Shown: piece after piece, positions 33,956-44,845 of the stretch
How positions within the stretch are numbered: the first letter of the stretch is position 1
Layout of the letters: every line of letters begins with the position of its first letter
Sequence record: NZ_CP123987.1
Length of the DNA: 64,000 nucleotides
From: a plasmid
Strand: one strand, 5' to 3'
Program-made: the position numbers and the translations under genes
Notes under the pieces: model-generated
What the model saw: only the letters and a program-made list of their open reading frames with translations
What the model was told of the DNA's origin: nothing
The model's database searches: none

Positions 33956-34420
33956 ATGAAAAATGTATGGCTGATATTAAAGTTAATAAGGTATTTGCTA
34001 GTGGGTATAATTTGTCTAACTCTAATATTTATTTATAAAGAGGATATTACTTTTCACCCGACGAAGTATACATTTGAAATGCAACATATGTATTTTTTTA
34101 TTACCACAGCTATTCTCCCATTCTTTAGATTGAAACACCAAAGTTGGTTTATATCCGATGGTGAACCAGTAGTTTCTTATAAGCAGAAAGCGTTAGATTT
34201 ACATCATCAGGATCTTGCGCAAAATCATAAAGATAGAAAATGGACATCAAATGGAGTCTACACAAATCCATACGAATATACGAGTGTAGATACAATGTCG
34301 CATGATAATATGTCGGAATGGCTATATAGTGTAGCTAAAAGTGTGATTATGAGTATATTATTTATTTTTTTTGGACCAATTTTTATCGCAATAGGGATAT
34401 ATGTTAAATATAAAAGTTAA
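33956..34420 (+). CDS. hypothetical membrane protein
   Basis: Two TM regions; flanked by AT-rich palindromes. Confidence 0.4.
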   Translation: MKNVWLILKLIRYLLVGIICLTLIFIYKEDITFHPTKYTFEMQHMYFFITTAILPFFRLKHQSWFISDGEPVVSYKQKALDLHHQDLAQNHKDRKWTSNGVYTNPYEYTSVDTMSHDNMSEWLYSVAKSVIMSILFIFFGPIFIAIGIYVKYKS

Positions 34421-34424
34421 ATAC

Positions 34425-34470
34425 ATATGTTAAATGTTAATGTATAATGTTATAAACATTATACATTAAC
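34425..34470. repeat. perfect 16-bp-arm palindrome GTTAATGTATAATGTT-ATAA-ACATTATACATTAAC
   Basis: Visible in the sequence at 34430-34465. Confidence 0.7.
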
Positions 34471-34543
34471 ATTAACACAAAATAAGAGTTAGAAAAAAGG
34501 GCTAGGAAAATCTTTTTCCTAGCCCTTTTCTTATTATATATAT

Positions 34544-37078
34544 TTAATCAAGGATATTTGAAATAGCAGCATTTACATGATCTCTTTCACGTTCAATCAT
34601 AGCAACACGACTTTCGATAACTTTAGTATCCATGATAATTTCACGTGTTAAACCTGGAGTATTAAGTTTAGGTTCAAAGAACTTTTTGAATTCAACTAAT
34701 CGTGATTCGGTATGCAATGCACGTGCAGTAACTGTGATATAAGATGTAAATTCCATATCACCACCAACTGTATCTTCAAGCCATTGCCATTCGTTGCGAA
34801 TCCAATCCCAAGCTGCTTGTTCGCCTAGATTGTTTGAAAGAGTTCTGAAGTACCAAGTGCGCAAATCTTGAGGCTTGATGGTATCTGCATCTTCGAAATA
34901 AGATACAATTTGTTGAATTTGGTCAGCATTTTTTGTTGAAGTTAATGCGAACAAGATGTCTTGCTTATATGAACTATCACTAGTTTTACGATAATCTTCT
35001 AGTAAGGATTCAAATAATTGGGAAGAGTTATAATTTTTAACTTCATTTTGTAATACAAGAGCACGAATATCAGAAGACAAACTTAATAATTTATCTTGAT
35101 TTTGAGTAAAGATTTCATGTGCTTCAGATTCTGCAGAAGGATTTTCAGCATATAAAGCAGCGTTCAAAACAAGTGGACGAACTAGTTGATCGTCATTGCT
35201 ATCAGTATCCTTTGGTAACCAAGATAATCGTTGAACTTGGTCAGCACTTAAAGTATTAACAAATTTCTTTAAGTTTGTTTCATCAGTGGAATATGGAGTA
35301 ACAAAGAATTTCAAATTATTAACAATGCTATATAAAGTTTCATTAACAATAGCTGAATCACTATTTGAAAATTCTTTTAATAATGGAATAACCTTGGAAT
35401 AAGAAGTTAAACCACTATCAGCAAGGAGACGTAAATCTTGCAATAATTGTAATTTATCAATATGTGTTAGATTTTGCGAGTTAACTAAAATATCTTCTAA
35501 TAGTTCAGGAGAGTAATTAACTACAACATGAGAAGTATTTCCCACATTAAAGCGTAGAGGTTTGTCAGCTGCTTTTCTCAATTCTTGATAGTCACCTAAG
35601 TCTAATTCTTTCTGTGTAAGTAACTTAGGAGCTTGAGCAAAGTCTGCATGTAGAGGAACTTGCCATAAACGATCTACTTCTTTACCTTCACCAATGAAGA
35701 ATTGATTTTGTTCAACTACTAAATGACCATTTTTAACATTGACATTAAGGACTGGATAACCAGGTTGTTCTAGCCATGAGTTCATAATAGAGCCAATATC
35801 AAGATTTGAAGCTTCACCAAGTGCTTTCCATAAGTCAGAACCAACTGCATTATTGTATTTATGTGACTTAAAGTAAGCTTTTAGTCCAGAACGTAAAGCT
35901 TCATCGCCAATTAAAGCACGAACCATTACTAATAAACGAGAACCTTTTGCATAAACAATAGCTGGATCAAATAGAGAATCGATTTCAGCAGGATCCTTAA
36001 CTTCAACGTGAACGGATTGAACGCCATCAGTTGCATCGCGTTGTAGAGCTTGAGGTGCTTCAGATGTTTGGAATAATTCCCAGATATTCCAGTCAGGTTG
36101 TAGTGCATCGATAGCAACATATTCCATCATATTGGCGAAACTTTCATTTAACCATAGATCGTCCCACCATTTCATAGTTACTAAATCACCGAACCATTGA
36201 TGAGCAAGTTCATGAGCAATAACAGTTGCAACAATACGCTTTGTATCTAAAGATGTGTTATCAGGATTTAATAATAGATAAGCTTCACGATAAGTTACCA
36301 AGCCCCAATTTTCCATGGCTCCGGCTGAAAAGTCAGGTAAGGCTAGTTGCCAGGAGTGAGGGAGTGGATATGGAGTTTGATAATAATCTTCGTAAAATTC
36401 AATTGAACGTTTAGCAATATCTAAAGCAAAATCTAGTTCTTTTTTGGCATGAGTTTTAGTTGAAAATACACCGATTTTAACACCAGATTTAGTTTCAGTA
36501 AGTTTGCTTTGTAGTTCACCAAAGGCAAAGGCTACAAGGTAAGTTGACATTCTCACAGTAGTGTCAAAGTAATGAACACCATTTTCTGTCTTAACTTCTG
36601 GCATGTTGCTAAGGACAGTTTCACCTTCATGCTCGTCAAACTTTATAGCAAGATCGAAAGTAGCTTTAGCAACTGGTTCGTCAATAGAAGGAAATGCTTG
36701 ACGCGCAAATGTAGTTTCAAATTGCGTACCGATAAGTTGTTTTTTTACACCATCAACTTCATAGTAAGAAGGATAGATCCCCATCATAGAATCAGTAAGC
36801 TTAGCGGAATATGATACTTCTAAATTAAGATCTCCAGTATTAGGAACATTAAAAGAGACAGTTTCAGAATTATCATCGAATTTAAAATCGGTAGAATTAC
36901 CATTAACCTTTACTTCAAGAATGTTAAGAAATTTTTGATGTAAAGCAATTTCTTTTTGAGAAGCATTCCCAGAAATTTTTGTAACTCCAGTGAATGTTTT
37001 CTTTTCACGATTAATATCTAAATAAATTTGATAATGTTTTGGTTGGAATAAATCATATAAATGTGATACTTGTCCCAT
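34544..37078 (-). CDS. pepN: aminopeptidase N (M1 family)
   Basis: GAMENWG and HELAHQWFGDLVT…E zinc-binding motifs; 844 aa; GAAAGGTGG RBS before the ATG at 37078. Confidence 0.9.
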   Translation of the reverse strand: MGQVSHLYDLFQPKHYQIYLDINREKKTFTGVTKISGNASQKEIALHQKFLNILEVKVNGNSTDFKFDDNSETVSFNVPNTGDLNLEVSYSAKLTDSMMGIYPSYYEVDGVKKQLIGTQFETTFARQAFPSIDEPVAKATFDLAIKFDEHEGETVLSNMPEVKTENGVHYFDTTVRMSTYLVAFAFGELQSKLTETKSGVKIGVFSTKTHAKKELDFALDIAKRSIEFYEDYYQTPYPLPHSWQLALPDFSAGAMENWGLVTYREAYLLLNPDNTSLDTKRIVATVIAHELAHQWFGDLVTMKWWDDLWLNESFANMMEYVAIDALQPDWNIWELFQTSEAPQALQRDATDGVQSVHVEVKDPAEIDSLFDPAIVYAKGSRLLVMVRALIGDEALRSGLKAYFKSHKYNNAVGSDLWKALGEASNLDIGSIMNSWLEQPGYPVLNVNVKNGHLVVEQNQFFIGEGKEVDRLWQVPLHADFAQAPKLLTQKELDLGDYQELRKAADKPLRFNVGNTSHVVVNYSPELLEDILVNSQNLTHIDKLQLLQDLRLLADSGLTSYSKVIPLLKEFSNSDSAIVNETLYSIVNNLKFFVTPYSTDETNLKKFVNTLSADQVQRLSWLPKDTDSNDDQLVRPLVLNAALYAENPSAESEAHEIFTQNQDKLLSLSSDIRALVLQNEVKNYNSSQLFESLLEDYRKTSDSSYKQDILFALTSTKNADQIQQIVSYFEDADTIKPQDLRTWYFRTLSNNLGEQAAWDWIRNEWQWLEDTVGGDMEFTSYITVTARALHTESRLVEFKKFFEPKLNTPGLTREIIMDTKVIESRVAMIERERDHVNAAISNILD

Positions 37079-37334
37079 TATTTGACCACCTTTCATTTAC
37101 TAGATAAGTCAATAATACGCTTTTAAATGAGAAAAATCTATTAATACAATTAAAAATATATAATTATATATAATATAAATGGATTATATATTTAACATAA
37201 TTCATAAAATTAATATATAAACATTATGTATTTAACACTATACATATACATTAACATAAAAGCAAGTAATATAGTGATTTGTAAATTTTAAAAATTTTGT
37301 TTAAAATATAATAGCCAATTAATATTTATACAAG

Positions 37335-38615
37335 GTGATTTATATGAGAATTTATATTTTTGGAATGCTTTCAACTTTGATGATAGAGGTAATTACATTA
37401 TCTTATTCAAGCAAAGTAAAGTTTGATTTTTTGCATATAATTGCATTTGTTTTGTTAATGATTATTTGCATACCGATTAAAATTAGTAATTTAATTATGA
37501 TTATCGGTGGAGTATTGATTACCTATCATCAAGATAATGGAAGAGACAGTTGGTTGAGATACATAATTTTTGTAATGTATTCTTTTATCACGACTTAGAT
37601 TTTACAAGTAGTTTTGAATTTTTATGGAAATAAAATCTACGATTGGTTTAACTACAATAATTATTTAGGAACTTTGGTTTGTCAAAGTATAATCTTTTTA
37701 ATGCAGATAGGAATTATCTATTGGTTTAAAGATAGTTTGGAAATTTTATCAATGTCCGATTCAAGTAAAAAGAGAAAGATGGAATTAGTGGCTATTGCAT
37801 TTTTAGCAATCTATTTAATTTATGGATCAACATTTAATGATAATTACAATAGTTGGTGGATAAGCGTTTATGTAATAGGATTGATTTTATTTTGGGGATA
37901 TATAAGAGCGATTGCCTTATTGGAAACTAAACGAGAACTTGATGAACTAAAAGATTTTGAATTACAGAATATTGAAAATTACGCGAACAAGATTGAAGAA
38001 ATGTATCAAGGTCTTAGAAGGTTCAGACATGATTATTTAAATATCTTACTTAGCATGGATCAAGCAATAAAAAGTGGAAATTTAGAGTTGATAGAAGAAA
38101 CGTATACTAAAATTATGGAACCAAGTAAAGAAAAGATTAACGCAGCTTACTATGATTTGGGTAAACTGAAACATGTAAAAACTTCAGCAATTAAAAGTAT
38201 TCTTTATAATAAATTTAGTTATGCGGCTCGTGAAGGAATTGAATTGGAAATTGAAATAAATGATGATGTTACGGTTCAATACACAAGATTGCTAGATGCA
38301 GTTAGAATACTATCTATATTGTTGGATAATGCAATTGAAGCGGCGTTGGAAAGTAAGGAACCACGATTATTAGTGGCATATATTAAAGATGCTGATATTG
38401 AAAGAGTAATTATTGAGAATAGTACTAAAGTAGGAAGAGTAGAGATAGCCCCACTGTTTAAGGAAAATTATACGACTAAGAGTGGAAATAGAGGGCAAGG
38501 ATTAGCGACTGTTAAAAGGTTGATCGGTCATTATCCCAATGTATCCTTAAAAACAAGTAGTAGTGACTATACATTTACTCAGGAGTTAGTTTTAAATAAG
38601 GAAGAAAAAAGATGA
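37335..38615 (+). pseudogene. AgrC/ComD-like (HPK10) quorum-sensing histidine kinase with an in-frame TAG
   Basis: The 87-aa ORF (3 TM) and the 333-aa ORF (3 TM + HisKA_3-like + HATPase) are in the same frame, separated by TAG at 37596-37598. Confidence 0.7.
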
Positions 38616-39305
38616 AAATATTTATTTTAGAGGATGATTCACTTCAAATTTTACGCTTAAAGTTGGTTTTAGAGAGTATTCAACCAAACTTAGTGATTCA
38701 AACTTTTAAAGAATCAGATAAATTATTGCAACATATTACTCAGCCAGATGAAAATAATATTTATTTGCTGGATATTGAATTAAAAAATTCTAGATATGGT
38801 GGTTTTGAAGCTTCTCGAAGAATTAGAGAAGTTGATAATTTAGGTACAATTATTTTTATTACTACGCATTCAGAATTTATGAGAAAAACATATGAGTACA
38901 GAGTAGCGGCGCTAGACTTTATTGATAAAATCCAAACAAATGATGAAATTAAACAGAGTTTGGTTACAGATTTTCAATTGATAAAAGAAAGACAAAACTT
39001 AAATGAAGAAACTGAATTTATTGAATTAGAAAGTAATTCTGAAATTTTTAGAATACCGGTATCTGATATATATTTTTTTGAAACAATCACTGACTTAACA
39101 AAAAGGAAATTTAAAAAGCATAGAAACTAAGAGCGATAGTTTTATGAGAGTACATAGATCATTTGTCGCAAATGTAAATAATATCAAGAGATTTGATAGT
39201 AAGGAAAAGAAACTATATTTTAGCGAAAAGACTTATTGTTTAGTTTCTCGAAAAAATGTAGTTCCATTAAAAAATATACTTAAAGAAGGATTTGTGGAAA
39301 TGTAA
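38612..39305 (+). pseudogene. LytTR-family response regulator (AgrA-like) with a frameshift
   Basis: The receiver domain (38612-~39070) is followed by the LytTR start …FRIPVSDIYFFE. The frame breaks near the A-runs at ~39100-39145, and the rest of the LytTR domain (MRVHRSFVANVNNIKRFD…) is in another frame, 39146-39305. Confidence 0.7.
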
Positions 39306-39417
39306 AAAATTACCATTTGGTGTAAATTTAGTACCATTCAGTGCAAATTTCTAAAAAATCATAATATTTTGGCTATACTAACAACAGTTTTTAAGGAAAG
39401 GAGGATATGTTTTTATA

Positions 39418-40746
39418 ATGAAGGTTATGCGGGAAATTGTTGTTGGTTTAGTATTTTTATTAGGTTTTGTAATTAATTTTCATTTTGGAAATAGCAATGT
39501 TTCGGCTGATAACATTGATCGTTATATCGCTTATGTGGGGCAATCACAGGATTCATACGGAATGCCAATTTATGTACAAAATTTAAGTACAGGAAAAGTT
39601 GATGTTGCTTATTGTATAAATGAATCAAAGAAATTACCTTACTCAGCAGTATATAACAGATTTGATGCAACGCCGGAACGATTGATGGCATTAGATAATC
39701 CACTGGTAGATAGGGAGCAGTTACCAGATATTATTAAAAGAATCATATACAATGGTTATCTATTGAATGCTACTAAGTTGCAAGGAAAACTATCCGACGG
39801 TGCTTTCAGAAGACTTACTCAACTTGCAATTTGGCATTATAGTGATTCATATAATGTAAATGAAAATGAATTAACACAAGAAGAAAGAATGGTATATAAC
39901 GAATTGATACAAAGCGTCAATCCGGTACCAGTAAATCTAAACTTAAATATATATGTAAAAGATGACAGTACATATCAAGACTTGCTAGGGACAAGTTTTG
40001 GTAAATTACCTGAACACCCACAATTTAGTTCAAGTAGTTCAGTTTCAAGTAGCTCGAGTTCGAAACCTTCAAGTTCTAGTTCCTCATCAAGCATTGAATC
40101 TTCAAGTTCAAGTGTATCTAGTTCTTCGAGCTCAAGTTCTTCAAGTTCAGTAACTAAGGCTGAAAGTACTTCGAGTTCTTCTTCAGTAAGTTCAAGCAGT
40201 TCTGTTTCTAGTAGCGTACCCCAGATTGAAACTTCAACTGTTAGTTCAAGTAGTTCGAGCTTAAGTAGTTCAAGCTCAGTAACAAAAGCTGAAAGTACTT
40301 CATCCAGTTCAAGTAGCTCAAGTGAACAACAAGAATCAAGTTCCTCGTCTAGTATTCCAAGTTCAAGTAGCTCAAGTTCTGTGGAAAGTTCTAATGTAAG
40401 TTCAACTTCCAGTGTAAGTAGTAGCTCAAGTAGTGAGCAAACCTCCAAAGTCTCAAGTGAACAAAGCAGCTCATCTTCTTCAGAAATTAGTATTGTACCA
40501 TCTGTTGCGACATCTACAAGTAGTTCGAGTTCTACTAATAGTGAAAAGGTGATTCCTGTTGAGACAAGTTCAAGTTCATCAAAGAAAGAATTAGTAAGTA
40601 AGAAAGTTAATTCATCGGTCAAAGTAGATAAGAAAAAAGATTTACCGCAGACAGGTGAGAAGCATAATGAAGTCTTATGGCTAAGCATACTAGGGTGTAT
40701 AGTTCTTGCTGGTTCGCTTTGGATATTTGAAAGAAAATACAAATAA
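39418..40746 (+). CDS. LPXTG-anchored surface protein with an N-terminal thioester (TQXA) adhesin domain and a serine-rich stalk
   Basis: Signal peptide; Cys in VAYCINE and Gln in TQLAIWHY match the thioester-domain (TED) Cys–Gln pair; ~190-aa Ser-rich region; LPQTGE + TM + KRKYK sorting signal. Confidence 0.75.
   Translation: MKVMREIVVGLVFLLGFVINFHFGNSNVSADNIDRYIAYVGQSQDSYGMPIYVQNLSTGKVDVAYCINESKKLPYSAVYNRFDATPERLMALDNPLVDREQLPDIIKRIIYNGYLLNATKLQGKLSDGAFRRLTQLAIWHYSDSYNVNENELTQEERMVYNELIQSVNPVPVNLNLNIYVKDDSTYQDLLGTSFGKLPEHPQFSSSSSVSSSSSSKPSSSSSSSSIESSSSSVSSSSSSSSSSSVTKAESTSSSSSVSSSSSVSSSVPQIETSTVSSSSSSLSSSSSVTKAESTSSSSSSSSEQQESSSSSSIPSSSSSSSVESSNVSSTSSVSSSSSSEQTSKVSSEQSSSSSSEISIVPSVATSTSSSSSTNSEKVIPVETSSSSSKKELVSKKVNSSVKVDKKKDLPQTGEKHNEVLWLSILGCIVLAGSLWIFERKYK
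40020..40560 (+). repeat. serine-codon tandem-repeat region inside the adhesin gene
   Basis: Reiterated AGTTCAAGTAGCTCAAGT-type units. Confidence 0.8.
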
Positions 40747-41039
40747 AGCTAATAGTTTCAAAAAAGAGAATATATAATTTATTTATCCTGAATTAATACG
40801 TTTATCGTAATTATAGTAGAAATAGGCACTTTTCGTGAGTGTCTATTTTTGCTTTGAATATGTAATGGTTAAAATCCAATATAATTTGTTTTGCACTATA
40901 ATTGCATAATTAGAATTTACGTTCTATCTGAATTCTATTTAAACCAGTCGATTTGAGAGGAGGGGTGCAAAAATTTTAATTTCATTTATTTAGATTGGAA
41001 AATTCTACTAACTAAAATATTATTAATTTTTTCCGTCAA

Positions 41040-41307
41040 ACTATAATGGCTAGGGTAAAGAAATTTATAAGGTTAAAGATGTTCCCACAATTCCTGTTCA
41101 TCCTAATTGCAGATGTGCGGTTGGTGCTTATTGGGTGGATGAGAAGAGTAATTTATATAAAGAAACTATAAAGAAAAATCTTGTTTCCGGGCTAGAACGT
41201 AAGAAAAATAAATCCAAACGTATAACCATCAACAAAGAAAGATTACGGCTGGCTTCAGAAAAAATGGTGGAAAAATTTGGCAAGATGCTGGAGCAGAAGC
41301 ATATTTA
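41040..41307 (+). pseudogene. C-terminal fragment of a phage MuF/SPP1-gp7-like (head morphogenesis / MuF-toxin) protein
   Basis: A stop-to-stop ORF without a start codon encodes …DVPTIPVHPNCRCAVGAYWVDE… (the HPNCRC motif of the Mu F family). Confidence 0.5.
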
Positions 41308-41382
41308 AAAGTGAGAGGGTTAAACGCTGTTGCATTAAGTGAAGATCTTATAGCTTAAAAAAATAGACCAACTGTAAGTGAA

Positions 41383-41598
41383 ATGTTAGAAGAACTGTAT
41401 CACGTTGAACAATTTAAAGATGGCAAGATAGACGTAACAAATATTTCTAGATATAAGGCTGAAATTGAAGCACAAAATTATTTGTTATCGCTAAAAAAGT
41501 TATATAATACATCTGAGGAAGAAATTTTAGAAACTAAGGCTAATTTACAATACTGGAAGGAGAAACTGGAAAATGAACGAAAGAAAAATTACTTATAA
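41383..41598 (+). CDS. hypothetical small protein
   Basis: 71-aa ORF downstream of the MuF fragment. Confidence 0.3.
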   Translation: MLEELYHVEQFKDGKIDVTNISRYKAEIEAQNYLLSLKKLYNTSEEEILETKANLQYWKEKLENERKKNYL

Positions 41599-41794
41599 AT
41601 TTTCAGCTCCTGGGCATACAGTTTTAATTGTAGATGAAGAATTACCTAAAGGAATATGGATTGGAGATAAAGTCAAAGCAGATAATTTAGTGTTTACTAT
41701 TACAGGCATCCCTATTTCAGATAGAAATACGTTTATGGTAGATGAAACTGATAAGATAGATGTAAATCAAATTGTTGAGTTTTATAAAGCTTAA
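41573..41794 (+). CDS. hypothetical small protein
   Basis: 73-aa ORF overlapping the end of the previous ORF. Confidence 0.3.
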   Translation: MNERKITYKFSAPGHTVLIVDEELPKGIWIGDKVKADNLVFTITGIPISDRNTFMVDETDKIDVNQIVEFYKA

Positions 41795-42551
41795 GCATTC
41801 ACAATAAAAATTGTGGGTGCTTTTTTTATACATGAATTTAGGAGGTATGGATTATGTTTGAGCTTATATATTGGTGTAGAATTAATAACAACCAAGGAGA
41901 ATTCATTACTGAAATAGTTGAGATTGACAGAATTGCATTACATAAATTTTGGCATTAATAAATTTCTAAAATTTACCAATGAATCCGGTCAAGTAAATAT
42001 AATACCTATTGACAATATTAATCGGTTGAAAGAATTGAATTAGTATTTTGCCTTTTTCCTGCTTGCAGGCGTTAAAAACTGAGTACTCTCTCAAGGCTTT
42101 AACTGCGAGAAAAAGGAGTTTTGTGATGGATAACGAAAATCAAGAAGTAGAAAACTAAGACAATACCGGTAAAGCTGCTAAAACAGTCGAAAAACTTCAA
42201 AAACGTTTAGGAAAATTAACTGGTGATAAGCACGACTTGGAAGAAGAATTAGTCAATGCTAAGTTGAGCTTGAAGCATATAAATTAGGTAAAAAGATAGT
42301 TAAAAAGTTATCTGAAGAAGAATAAGGTTAAAAAAGAGAAAAGATGTTAAAGATAAGGTTTACACAATGATACAAGAGCGTGACATTGAATTTTATGTTG
42401 ACCGTCGAGATGCTGGTGAAACTAATCAAGAATTATATAATTTATTCCTACGAATGTTTGAGAGTAAGTACTTTATAATGAGCTGAATATGAAAAAATTT
42501 GAAATCCCCCTATACTATTATCATAAAAAGTATAGGAGGATTTTTTATACA

Positions 42552-42740
42552 ATGGAAGAAACTGAAATTGTTGAAGTAAAACCAACTAAAAAACGGAAAA
42601 CAGCAACTAAAATTAAAACAACCAAATTGAATTTAGATGCTGAAATTAAATTTGATAAGGTGAAAATTTTGTTGTGTCACGGAGTTGATACTGAAGTAAT
42701 GAATGACGTCTGGGAGTTGATAAAGAAATATGTTAGTTAA
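42552..42740 (+). CDS. IS66 family Orf1
   Basis: Same protein as 10958-11146. Confidence 0.6.
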   Translation: MEETEIVEVKPTKKRKTATKIKTTKLNLDAEIKFDKVKILLCHGVDTEVMNDVWELIKKYVS

Positions 42741-43086
42741 TTATCACTCTCCTAAACATGTATATATTGTTTGTGGCAACACTGATTTACGTAAAGGAAT
42801 CGATACACTGGCAATTTTAATTGCCGATAATTTTGGTATGAATCTTTATAATGATTCAATCTTCTTGTTCTGTGGTCGAAGAAACGACAGATTTAAAGCT
42901 CTTTATTGGGATGGTGAAGGTTTTATACTACTCTATAAACGTTTCGAAAATGGTAATTTAACTTGGCCGAAAACTAGTGAAGAAGTTAAAGAATTAGATA
43001 ACCAACAAATTGACTTACTTTTAAGTGGACTTAATCCTTTACCACAACCCAAAGTACATTTAGCACCAAAAGGTGCATTTTATTAA
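42730..43086 (+). CDS. tnpB: IS66 family TnpB
   Basis: Identical to the copy-1 protein. Confidence 0.8.
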   Translation: MLVNYHSPKHVYIVCGNTDLRKGIDTLAILIADNFGMNLYNDSIFLFCGRRNDRFKALYWDGEGFILLYKRFENGNLTWPKTSEEVKELDNQQIDLLLSGLNPLPQPKVHLAPKGAFY

Positions 43087-43160
43087 AAATTTTTCTTTAC
43101 TAAAAACGCTGCCTACTGGTATGCTTTTAAGCATAATCTTAAAAGAGGAGGTGGCGAACT

Positions 43161-44687
43161 ATGGATAAAGACAAAAGAATAGAGGAGCTTGAAAAGGAAA
43201 ATCAACAACTTCATAAAAAGATTGAAGAATTGTCTGAAACTATTAAGCTTCTCAATGCCCGTATTTTTGGAAAAAAAACGGAAAAATTAGATAAAAATCA
43301 ACTTTCATTTTTTTCAGAGGCTGAATTAGAAGAATTAGATATAGATTCTGATATTTCATCTAAAGAAAATGAAGAAGTTGAAGTAGAGCTTAGAGTAGTT
43401 TGCCACCGAAAAGTTAAACCACGTGGTCAACGAGCTGAGTTTCTTGATACTTTAGTACAAGTAGATGTCGTTCATGATCTTGAACAAAAAAATTGTGCTG
43501 ATTGTCATGAAAAACTCACTCTAATTGGCAAAAAATGTGTTTATCGAGAGGTAGGCTTGAAACAACCTGAGCTTTTTTGTCGTAATCATTATCAGCAAAC
43601 CTATAAATGTGAAAATTGCCACCCAAAAGGTGGCGATAAAATAGTTGCCGGTAAAGTACCTACTAGTCCTATTTTTCCACATAGTTATTTTTCCAGTAGT
43701 GTATTGGCTCAAGTAGTTACTTCTAAATATTTAATGGCTGTACCATTGAATAGACAAGCAATATATTTTAAACATATTGGCTTACCAATAGATACAAAGC
43801 ATATGGCACGTGCCATCATTAAATTGAGTGAACAGTTAGAAACGGTTCACGATGAACTTACTAAGATTTTATTGAAAAATCCGGTTATTCATATGGACGA
43901 AACTCCTTTTCAGGTGTTGGAAGAAAAGAATCGAAGTAAATCGTATTTTTGGGTAATGAGAACGACAGAAGAATTTTCAAATCATCAAATAGTGGTGTTT
44001 AATTACTCTAGTAGCCGAAAGCAAGAAAATATTTCTAATCTGGTTGGAGCTTACACTGGAGCAATTATGTGTGATGGTTATAATGCCTATAGCAGTGAAA
44101 TGTATCCACAAATTACATATGGTAGCTGTTTGGTGCATATACGCAGACATTTTGTGGAAATAGTCAAATCTTTAAAACAAGGAAGAGGATCATATGCAGT
44201 AAGAGCGGTAGAATTATTAAATCGTATTTTTAAAGAAGAAAAGAAGCTTGAGTATCAAAATGCAGAAGAAAAAGTACTGAAGCGGAAGCTTCATTTGAAA
44301 AAATATGTTGATGAATTCTACGATTTTCTGGATACTATCCCTAATCCTAGCAGTAAATTAAAGAAAGCTGTTGAATATGCCAAAAAATTTCAGCCTAGAT
44401 TAGAAAATATATATAAAATTGGCGAACTCCCTCTATCAAACAATCCGATAGAACAAGTGATTAGGCTATCTACCTTAGTTCGTAAGAACTCATTGTTTGC
44501 GAGAAGCGTTGATGGTGCCAAAGCTAGTGCAATATTTTATAGTTTAGTTCAAACAGCCAAGTTGAATGGCTTAGATATATTCAAGTATTTCAACTACATT
44601 TTCTCACTATTAGAAAAACGAGAAAATGTCAAGGTTGGAGCTTATTTGCCATGGAATTCTAAAGTTAAAGAAATTTGTACAAAGTAA
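43161..44687 (+). CDS. tnpC: IS66 family transposase TnpC
   Basis: Identical to the copy-1 protein. Confidence 0.85.
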   Translation: MDKDKRIEELEKENQQLHKKIEELSETIKLLNARIFGKKTEKLDKNQLSFFSEAELEELDIDSDISSKENEEVEVELRVVCHRKVKPRGQRAEFLDTLVQVDVVHDLEQKNCADCHEKLTLIGKKCVYREVGLKQPELFCRNHYQQTYKCENCHPKGGDKIVAGKVPTSPIFPHSYFSSSVLAQVVTSKYLMAVPLNRQAIYFKHIGLPIDTKHMARAIIKLSEQLETVHDELTKILLKNPVIHMDETPFQVLEEKNRSKSYFWVMRTTEEFSNHQIVVFNYSSSRKQENISNLVGAYTGAIMCDGYNAYSSEMYPQITYGSCLVHIRRHFVEIVKSLKQGRGSYAVRAVELLNRIFKEEKKLEYQNAEEKVLKRKLHLKKYVDEFYDFLDTIPNPSSKLKKAVEYAKKFQPRLENIYKIGELPLSNNPIEQVIRLSTLVRKNSLFARSVDGAKASAIFYSLVQTAKLNGLDIFKYFNYIFSLLEKRENVKVGAYLPWNSKVKEICTK

Positions 44688-44794
44688 GGCCCTCAAAATC
44701 ACTAGGAAAATGTGATTTTGAGGGCCTTTTTATCTGTAATGTCACACTATAGTGTGTTTACGTTTGAGATATGCGATTCTCAAACTTTTTTTGT

Positions 44795-44835
44795 AAAAAA
44801 ATACCGATTAGAATTTTACGAATTCCAATCGGCAT
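44795..44835 (-). terminator. rho-independent terminator of the aldo/keto reductase gene
   Basis: Minus strand CCGATTGGAATTCG…ATTCTAATCGG followed by a T-run. Confidence 0.5.
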
Positions 44836-44845
44836 AAGTTAATTA

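Larger units (their letters stand above)
42464..44761 (+). mobile_element. IS66-family insertion sequence, copy 2 (2298 bp, 8-bp TSD GTTTGAGA)
   Basis: Encodes proteins identical to copy 1; direct GTTTGAGA at 42456-42463 and 44762-44769; inserted near the 3' end of a small ORF (42361-…). Confidence 0.9.

Noticed and set aside
39975-40742. 255-aa minus-strand ORF rich in Glu/Leu
   Set aside because: Antisense reading of the serine-codon tandem repeat of the adhesin gene
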